NCBI GenBank assembly: GCA_040357565.1
Contig: JBDODJ010000028.1
From: Cercozoa sp. M6MM
Lineage: Eukaryota > Protista > Endomyxa: Ascetosporea
Reading direction: 5' to 3' (one strand)
DNA: 64,000 nucleotides
Shown here: one piece after another, positions 54,821-64,000 of the stretch
How positions within the stretch are numbered: position 1 is the stretch's first letter
Layout of the letters: the number at the start of each line of letters is the position of its first letter
Translations under genes and position numbers: made by a program
The notes under the pieces: generated by a model
What the model was told of the DNA's origin: nothing
Database searches by the model: none
What the model saw: only the letters and a program-made list of their open reading frames with translations

Positions 54821-56965
54821 ATGTCGGACGACGACACACACTTTGGGGACTCATCTACTTTGCTGGTGCATTTATGCTGGATTTTTTGTTGATAAAGCAG
54901 TGATTCATTGTTACATGTGCAATCTCGCTGCGGTAGGCCTCAGTAACGGCGCTGTTGTTGTGTGCCATCGTTATTGGAATCTGGATACACAATTTTTCGT
55001 TCAAATGGATCCACGAATCAGGCACTTCGATTGCTCTTGGCTTTGGGTATCTCTGTCTGTGTATGCAAGTGCGAACAGAGCGTTTTCTGACAAGTGCACG
55101 CGTAGGTTCGGCATGTTGGTGCACCATGTGATTCCAGACTCACCGCTCGCCAATCTCGATTTTTCTCACGACGTGTTCTTTGAGTTCTTCTTGCCGCCGA
55201 TCATTTTCTGCGCCGGGTACACGAGGAGTATATTCGCTCGCCCTTTTTTTCCTCCTTGCTTTAACCAATCCTTTTTGCCTCCCAGATACACTCTGCGAAA
55301 GCGCAACTTTTTTCGAAACATTCGAGTGGTACATATTGCCATACAAGTATGGCTACCTTCAACCATATTGATGGTTGGACGGAGTAGATCATGCTGCTCG
55401 GCGTGGTCTGTACGATCTTGCAGTTCGTGCTGCTTGGTGCTGGAGCCGCTTTGTTCAACGCCTGGGGACTTGCCAATACCGATGGTACTCTTTGCTGGAT
55501 ACCGAGGTTACCAGGGAGGGCGCAAAGGCAGCGAGTGAATTTAAAACCTTCCTGCAGCTGCGCCGAATGGACTGACTCCGGTCGAGTGCCTAGTGTTTGC
55601 CGTAGCTTGCACAACATGTGTTGTATCTGTGTGTATGTGTATATGTATGCGTGCGTGTATGTATATACCTATACGTATATGTGTTTATGTATTTGTGCAT
55701 GTCAGTGTGTCTGGCATATATGTAAATATACCAATACGTATATGTGTTTATGTATGTGTGTATGTCAGTGTGTCTGTGTATGCGTTAAATTTACAAGTAC
55801 GCGTAGTCCATCATGTCAGCCACGGATTCGGTTGCTGTGCTGTCGCTTCTTAAGCAGGAATCGCAACCCACTTTGTTCGGTATTCTGAGTGGCGAGGTAC
55901 CGTTGTGTCGTACTATAGAACACTGACCTACCTGCCTACGTGTGTGTGTGTGTGTGTGTGTGGTGTGTGTGTGTGTGTGTGGTGTGTGTGTGTGTGTGTG
56001 TGTTGGGATTGCACAGGCCATGGTGAACGACGCCGTGGCCATTGTGCTGTTCAAGAGGTACGGTTGGCATCTCTACTTGGCCGCTTCTCCTTTTGACTTC
56101 CCCCCCCCCCCCCCGTCACAGTATCACGAACGTCTCTGTGCGCAACGACCACCTTGCCATCACGTGGGTATGCACAATCTCCATACTCCAAGGAGTAAAT
56201 GTGCACTACTGTGCGACAAATACAGGGCTTTGTTGGCAACTTTATCGGCGAATTCTTGGCGCTTTTTTTCGGCTCGATCGCTCTCGGTCTCCTCTTTGGC
56301 TTGGGTACCTACCTATTGCTTTCCCTGGGGTCACACCCCTGCTAGCCTACTTGTAGTATGTGTCTATGTGTGTTTATGTGTATGTGCAGTGGCTAGCGCC
56401 TTCTTCTTTTGGCTGCGTGGTCCGCATAAGGTACCTGGCCGTGCCAGAAGCATGCATGGAACGCATAGATTTTTTGTGGAAACTGAGGTAGCCGCACGCG
56501 GCGCACGAAGTCGCAGCCGTGTTTTTCTTTGGGTTCACGTGCTACCTGTCGACCGAGGGTAGTAGACACTCACTCTCACTGCCTTATAAGTGCTTTACAT
56601 ACACGCAGTGTTCCACATGAGCGGCATCATTGCACTATTTGTCTGTGGCATCGGTACTGTCCAGTGCTGTTCTCTACCCTTACTGTCAGACTTATGTCAG
56701 GTGTGTGTGTGTGTGTGCGCAGTGATGAATCACTACATGAGTCACTCGCTCAGCGAGGATGGTCATCATGCCTCGGTACCTTTCGCACTGTGATCGCGAC
56801 TGTGCCGATTCGTGATGGAGTGAATGCTGACACAGTTCGCCTTCTTCAAGATCGTCGGCTTTATCGCAGAGACCTTTGTCTTTGTCGCTCTGGGATTCTT
56901 CCTGCCGCACTACATTGAGAGTAACAATTTAGACGTGACTGGCTTTGCCTGCTTCTACCCTGGAC

Positions 56966-56997
<32 letters not shown>

Positions 56998-58301
56998 AAT
57001 ATGTGTGCGTATGTGTTCTGGCAGTTGCGGATGGTAACTTCTCGTGGCCTTTCCTTGTGACCATGATTGGGTAGAACGTGTTCTAACTCCGTTGGATCCT
57101 CGGGGACAATAAGTGTGTTTGTCTTGTTGCGTGTGACACTGCAGCTACATTCTACTGACACGTGCTATCCTGGTGTTCGCCTTTGCCTACTTTTGTACTT
57201 TCATTTTTGTCTTGCGGTTGCTTTGGTTGTCGATGTGTGATTGTGGCAGTGGGCAATCTCGGAAAGAAACACTACCAGCGAGTGCTTATGCCGCAAGTGG
57301 TTGTGCTTATCTACAGGTACACTCGCCCTTCCACCTTCTCTGGTGTCATCTTCTATCCCCATTGATGCAAGTACAGTGGCTCCATTCGTGGCGTGATCGC
57401 CTTCGCTCTGTCGCAGGAAGTGCATCAGGAGCACTCCAACCTTATCGTACCTTCACATAAGATATATATATATATATAATATGTGTGTGTGTGTTTGTTT
57501 TTATTTGTTTTTTTGTTTTTGTTTTATTCAGATTTATATATTTATATATTCATAGATGTATTTTGCGCATGTGCACAGGTCACGATCACCTTCGGCATTG
57601 TGCTGGTACTTGGGCAGTGGAAATGTATGGCACAGTAGATTATTGCATGGCATGGGGACGAGAGTAGCTCACGACGCTGGTGGGAGGCACGTTCACGAAG
57701 CCACTGTTCAACCTGATCAACCTGCAAGCTGTAGCTACCTCCTTCTCTCTGACTTCCCTCTCTCGGCATAACATGATTGTTGTACAGGCGGCAGACAAGC
57801 AGTTGTGGCCTGAGGACGAGCCGACCTCCCCTGTGTGATCGCTCTGTGTGTATCTGTGTGTGGGTATGTGTGTGGGTATGTGTGTGTATGTGTTGTGTGT
57901 GTTTAACTAAACACCATAGGTGGCAGCCGTGCCACTATCATCGCCGCTCGACGAAGCTCTCCTGGGCGAGGCCGAGCCTTCTGTACCCGCTCAATACTTC
58001 TAGAAGCGCGCGCGCGTGTGTGTGTACGCGAGAATGTGCGCGCAGAGAAGAGTCTCGCGATGCAGGCGCTTCACGGAGGCGTTCAAGCGCTTCGACCGGC
58101 GCTTCGTGATGCCACTAGTGGGCGGCCAGAACATGCTGCCACGCAGTCAGGAGCGCTTCGAAGACGGCGACGACGCCGACTCGGACGTGTAGGCCAGTCC
58201 CCCAGCCTCTACCACCGTCACTCTGTGTGTGTAGAGGAGGCGAGTGGAACGTCCAGACGCGCTCCTTTGTGCAGCACTCACTTATTGTTCCGTACTGTTT
58301 G

Positions 58302-58362
<61 letters not shown>

Positions 58363-58462
58363 NNNNNNNNNNNNNNNNNNNNNNNNNNNNNNNNNNNNNN
58401 NNNNNNNNNNNNNNNNNNNNNNNNNNNNNNNNNNNNNNNNNNNNNNNNNNNNNNNNNNNNNN

Positions 58463-58534
<72 letters not shown>

Positions 58535-58730
58535 CATCGTCGCGTATTGTTGGCGCAGTGCACGCGAAACACCGACGTCTCACAGTGCCTCCTCACTGAT
58601 CGTACCAGTGCTTCAACTTCTTGTTTTCTGATTCCCGACTGCCGATGCACAGGGAGAGCGGTCGCTGCACAACGATTCGGACCTCGACGCCGACGACAGC
58701 TCTCCTGACATCTACTTTTCGGAGGATTAA
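54821..58730 (+). CDS. CPA1-family Na+/H+ exchanger (NHE/NHX; many exons)
   Basis: [117 protein letters not shown]. Ends ...DIYFSED*TAA. Confidence 0.9.
55658..55776. repeat. Two copies of an about 57-nt unit (period about 62 nt) in an NHE intron
   Basis: TATACC.ATACGTATATGTGTTTATGTAT.TGTG.ATGTCAGTGTGTCTG occurs twice. Confidence 0.8.
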
Positions 58731-59159
58731 ATTGAACTTTCGACCGCTCGTTTTAGGTATCCTACCCTACCGACAGACGAAGCAGCTTGCCGCGTCCGGC
58801 TCTCATCGAATGATGATTTGAATCAGAACCGAGCACCAAACAGTGCCACTGTAACGTAATTGCAAATTCTGTCAGTTCGTTGATTCAATTCGTCTTGCGT
58901 TGTCGTTTTACGTTTAGCCAACGTTCGGTTAACGGTAACCGAAAACGGCCCAGAACGGAACGAGAACTGAGCAAACTGAACTACCTGCGCATCACATGGA
59001 ATGATGGATCCATAAAACTAACGTAAGCCGACATCGCTTCTCGCGATTTAACTAGATCATAAATAAAACGACCGGACAGATACATACCGGCGTCGGAGAG
59101 ACGAGAAGGACTAATCGTCGATCGAGCAAGCGGGAACAAGTGGACTAGCACAGCGCAGT

Positions 59160-61585
59160 CTACTCCGGCACGGCGGCCTTCTGCTGCTGCTGCAACTCTT
59201 CGTTTGTGTAGAACTCGTCCATCTTGACAGCGCCGCCACGTTGCATGCGCAGCAGCTGCGCAGGGTGCTCGGCGCCGAGCTTCTCAAACTGGAGCTCAAT
59301 CTTTCTGAGACCTTTCTCGATACGACTGCGCTGCACGTCATCGCCGGCAAAACTCTTGCGCTGCGCGAGCAGTCGGCCATACCGTCGCACACCGCGCACG
59401 ACGTCGTTGTACTGACGCCTCGACTGCACACACCCCAGGCAATGAGAGACATAACAGCACTGTGCAGATCGGTATATGGACAGGGAGGGCACCTCGAAGA
59501 AACGCGAGGAGATGTTCGGCAGCACGTCGGCGTCCTTGGCCGGCGTGTACTTGGCGAGGTCCAGGTGCTCGCGCAACAGGTCGAGCTCGGCCTCACGACT
59601 GCGCGCGTGCTGCTGCAGCGTCTTGCGGACGGCCGCGGCCACGACATCGGTGTGCTCGGCGTCCCACTGCTCCGTCGTCATGTCGCCTTCGGCGGCAGTA
59701 ACGACGTCGTCGATGACGCTCGTGAAGGACAGGTTGCCCCGCTGCACCTCGGGCGCATCCATGACGCGTTCCGTGCGACTGCCGCTGCCACAGAAGAGTG
59801 CCGCCGGCGGTGCCGTGGCCATGCGCACCACGGCTGCTCGCTGCGTGAGCTGCGCCGTCGCTGGTGTCCTGAGCAATCGATTAGTGTCCACACACACACA
59901 CACACACACACCCACATACCCACACACTCACACACCCACACACCCACACACCCACATACTCACACACCCACACACATGTGAGATGTACATCTCATCGACA
60001 GACTGCGTGGTCGGCAGGTCAGCCGAGCGCGTGCGCACGTCGGCACCGTACTCGGAGAGCAGGTGCAACAACCGGTCGCCGTGCTGCGGACTCGCCTTGA
60101 GCAACGCGTCGTGGAAGCCGCTCGGCAGCGCGCGGTCGGCGGCGGCCAGCACGGCGCGGCGCCAGGCACGCTCGAGCGGCGAGAAACGCTCGTCGTACGC
60201 GACGCGTCGCACGGCGCCGTGGTGGTCCATGCCGAAGCTCTCGAGCACGACGCCGTCGCTGCGGCCGAGCTTGGCGTCGACCTCGCTGGCAGCGGCGGCG
60301 GCGAGACGAGCCGCCTGGGCCGTCGACTTAGGTCGTCGCGTCATGACGGGCAGCATGCCGCCCAGCGTCAGCGTCGACAGACTCGCTAAATCGCACGCGT
60401 TCGTCGGCGACGCCGTGCCCGTGGTCTGCGGCTCTTCCGATGACATGCGCTGCTGGCGCGCCGCTTCTGACCGCGCCGCCAGTGCCTGCACACAGTCGCA
60501 AGCACATATACACGTGTACATCTTGATACAGGGCACGCACCTCCGGACTGCCAGGCTCCATGCCGCTCTCGGTGTAGAGCACACCGTCACCATGGTCGAT
60601 GCTGCCCTCACTGGCGTCGAGCACGCGCGCGTCGGCCGTCGTGCAGAAGTGCTGTACCAGTGCCGAGGCCACGGCGGCGGCGTCGCTGCTCGACATGACG
60701 GTCTGCAGGTGCTCGTGCAGCTGCTGGCGCGCCTCGCTCGGCGCGAACGCCTCGTGCACCTGCTGCGCCAGGTCGTGCGCCGCCTTGACGGCCGGCTTGA
60801 CTACGAGGTTGCGCTCGAATCGCTCGCCGATGATGGCGCCCGAGTGTTTGTCCACCGTGTGCTCGGCACCCAGACCTGCAGCCACACATGCACATGCAGT
60901 ACAAGACAAGACAAGACAGGGGAAAAACAATGGCAGGGAAGGTGGCAGTACTCTTGGGCATGCTGGCACGGTTGCGCAGGTACTCCTTCATGGCGCGCGT
61001 GGCCACGGCATCCTGCGACTCCTCGAACGTCTCGGGTTCCTTCGACTCGTACACCGGGTCGAACGGCGTCTCGCTTGCGCCGGTTGCCTTCTTGGCACGC
61101 TGGCGGTCGGCCTGTCACACATACATACACATACACATACACACATACACACACACACACACACTTACACATACAAGGTAAACACACACAGACACACAGA
61201 CACACGCGCAGGTAGGGGCTGGGTGCAAACGTACATCGTCGCCCATGAGTTCGACGACCTCGTTGTCGACCGGGAGCTTGTAGGTAGCGTTGATCTTGTC
61301 ACCGTGCGTCTTGGCCTCGGCAATACCGCGCGCCAGCAAGTCCAGCACCGTGTAGACCGACTGCGGCGACGCCGTGTTGCACGGAATGGCGTACGTGATG
61401 GCACGCAGGTCGTCGTGTGCGTCAACGAGCGACACCACCGGGATGTGCGCCGATGCCGCCTCGCGCAGCAGCGACATCTTGCCGTGCCGGTCGGCCACGA
61501 CGATCACGTCGGGCGCCGTCTCCAGTCGCGAGAAATTAACCTCGGCCTCTGTGGGTGCTTCCTGTGCGCGCTTAATACATACAGC

Positions 61586-61636
<51 letters not shown>

Positions 61637-62745
61637 GCAGGGTACGGCCGTCTTCTGACGATGCTCGAGGGCCTCTTTGTAGCCGGCCCAGTTGGTGAAC
61701 ATGCCCGGCGTCCACCGGTCAGCCACGAAGGGCGCATCGATCGTACGCGACACGTAGCGCACCGAGCGCGCGCTCTGGTCCGACGTGCCGACGAACATGA
61801 TCGTGCCGCCGTTGCTTGTCACGTCTTGCAGAAAGCGAATGGTGCGACGTAGCGCTGCCACCGTGCGCGTCAGGTCGAACACTGCCAGGGAGGTGGTGGT
61901 ATAGGGAGAGGGGTCTACATATATTCGTATAGAGTACAACACACCAAGGTAGTCACCGCGCTGTCCGAGCAGGTACTCGACCATCTGCGGGTTCCACGAG
62001 TGGCGCGGCGACGCCCAGTGGCAGCCGCTCTCAATAAGCAGACGGTAGGTGGCCTGCTCCACCACGGCCGAGTCGCCCAGGTAGCGTCCGTTGCCGAGTT
62101 CCGATGCCACGAACTCGTCCTGCCATAGCAGCACATAGCAACATACGGTAGCAACAAAGCGTAGCAACAATTAACATAGCGACAGTCCCCAGGTACCGAG
62201 GTCTCCGGGTCGAGGTTGAGCGACTGGTGCCTCGAGTTGAGCACCGGGCCCGTGCGTGGGGCGATGCGCTGGTGCGGCGCGGCCGGCTTGTTGTGCAGAC
62301 CGTCATCGGGCTGCTGACCCTGGAAGTCGCGCAGTGCCTGCTCTGTCACGACGAACTGATCGGGCGCCTTGGCGTGCTCGGCCTCAATGTCCACGGGCGG
62401 GACGTCGGCGTACGGCGGGATCGACACCGAATCGATCGACGCACGCGGCAGCTGCGCCTGTTGGTTCGAATCCTCGTCCACTGTATCGTATATGAAGTGT
62501 GCAGACACGGAATATACATATAGACATATAAAAACATATATAAAATATACAAGACAGATACATAGCTGTACCTTCGACAGGATCGCTCTCGACACGGAGG
62601 GAAGCAAAGTGACGACGCGCAGTCGCTGAGTCCTCGAGTTCTTCGGCCAGCATGCGCGATAGCAGCGGCAGCTGCGAGGCCGGCAACTGGCGCACCGCGT
62701 GTCTACGCACACATTCGCATACACAGGCACAGACAGGCACAGACA

Positions 62746-62793
<48 letters not shown>

Positions 62794-62803
62794 NNNNNNN
62801 NNN

Positions 62804-62854
<51 letters not shown>

Positions 62855-64000
62855 TAGAGAGGCCGGTACTCGAGCTCAAGGAGCGTGCGTCGCTGCGTCT
62901 CCGTGGTGGTGACGCCGTGCGCGGCCGCGTTGGACAGCAGCATGTGCGAGAGCTGCGTGCGCACCTCCTCCAGCTGCGGCGCACTGGCCTCCTCGAGCAC
63001 CGGCTCGTCGCTTTCGCTCGGCACGACATCGAATGTCTCCAGCGCGTCCGACAACACCGCCGCCGCCGCCTGGCGGAAGCGCATGCCCTCACCTGCGGGG
63101 AAGCACCAAAGGAGTCACAAGGCATAGCTCACCCCCCTCCCCAAGGAGCATCAGAAGCCCACTGGGTACCAGCAGGGTCGGCTAGAACAAGGTGGTCAAT
63201 AGGCGCGTCGACAAGCCACTTGAGCGCCAACGTAAAGCTGTCGGGCGTCGGCAGGTCGGCGTACTTGATGCGCTGCATGGCCTGCTTGGTGCGCAGCTTG
63301 CCACTGCGCAGCGCACGCTTGTCCGACTCGTCGAGCAGCGAGATGCACATCTGCTCCTCAAGCAGGCGGCGCTGCGTGCCGTCAATGTCGCGCGGCAGGC
63401 CGAGCGCACGCCGTGCCACGCCGCGCAGATGCCGCAGCACGCGCGCCACCTCGTCGGCCGAGAGGACCTCCTGTCCGTTCAGCACGAAGGCACGGTTGTC
63501 GTTGGCAGCCTCGCCCAACTTGCGCAGACTCTCCGTCACGGTGCCGAGCTCGCGCTGCAGCATGTCCAGCTGCGCCGGCTCGTCGCGCAGCAGCCGCTCC
63601 AGGTCGCGCTCGCTCAGCAGAGCGCCCTCCTTGTGCTGCTCCTCCGAGTGCAGGAACATCAGCCAGTCCTGCTGACATGCAACGTTTAGTACATGTCCCA
63701 CACAGCCACCTCTCGGTATGGCAGGTAGGATAACACACCTCACGCGCGCGGATACGCTCCTCGTGCAGCGGCAGGTCGTAGTGCAGCGGGTCGGCCGACT
63801 CGCGCACCGACAGCGCCATGGCCGACGCGAGCACCTCGTCGACGGCCTGCGACTGCAAGTCGGCGTCCTTCTGCGAGGCCGCCGTGCCGAGCTTGTCGAA
63901 CGCAGCGTTGAGTGCAGCGCGCGCCTCCTCGACGCGCTGGCCCGTGTGTCCGAGAGCGGCGCCCTCGCGGCGCATCTTGTCGGCCACGTGCTGCACGTCG
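59160..64000 (-). CDS. MRPS2: Very large protein containing a bacterial/mitochondrial-type ribosomal protein uS2 domain (5' end beyond window)
   Basis: LLIESGCHWASPRHSWNPQMVEYLLGQR...VFDLTRT...GGTIMFVGT...RWTPGMFTNW...PDVIVVAD...LREAASAHIPVVSLVD...ITYAIPCNTASPQSV (about 61230-62120). It is joined by in-phase GT-AG introns to long flanking exons and ends ...AAVPE*TAG at 59160. Confidence 0.8.

Noticed and set aside
58850-58996. TGTAAC...CACA segment as another solo LTR
   Set aside because: No TSD and no homology to the two LTR copies.
59476-61215. 579-aa plus-strand ORF and similar long antisense ORFs
   Set aside because: Shadow frames of GC-rich minus-strand exons, running through introns, with no recognisable motifs.
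62462-62473. GGTTCGAATCC tRNA T-loop-like word
   Set aside because: Antisense to a coding exon with no cloverleaf. No tRNA, rRNA or CRISPR array was found in the window.

Overview
Gene-dense, intron-rich eukaryotic (most likely protist) nuclear DNA using the standard genetic code. The ORF track is mostly misleading because real genes are split by many short (about 45-100 nt) GT-AG introns that often contain (TG/CA)n, (AT)n, (GA)n or (GATA)n microsatellites. All six N-gaps abut such repeats. Manual splicing gives about 18 genes. Recognisable ones are an 18-kb VPS13, cyclophilin PPIL3, a RhoGAP, an MFS transporter, YIPF5/Yip1, a DDX3/Ded1-type DEAD-box helicase, mitochondrial GatA (QRSL1), thiolase ACAT1 and a CPA1 Na+/H+ exchanger. 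Less clear ones are a small orphan membrane protein, a coiled-coil protein, a UBZ plus MgsA-C-like protein, a RING-CH-like membrane ligase, an ankyrin-type protein and a type II membrane protein. A very large protein built around a bacterial-type (mitochondrial) uS2 domain runs off the window end. There are also two solo LTRs of one family and a decayed CCT3 fragment. The most notable observations are: (1) a >1,200-aa uS2m; (2) a WW-RS-DDX3 helicase with a long, stem-rich intron starting immediately after its stop codon, a possible autoregulatory circuit; (3) an unusual 5' splice-site consensus (GTAC, weak +5G), UG-rich intron bodies and a candidate ACTGAA(C) 3'-end signal, which together suggest a divergent mRNA-processing code; (4) a template-switch rearrangement knot joining the CCT3 pseudogene to a solo LTR with inverted modules. 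All gene models and counts were read by eye, without database searches or RNA data.
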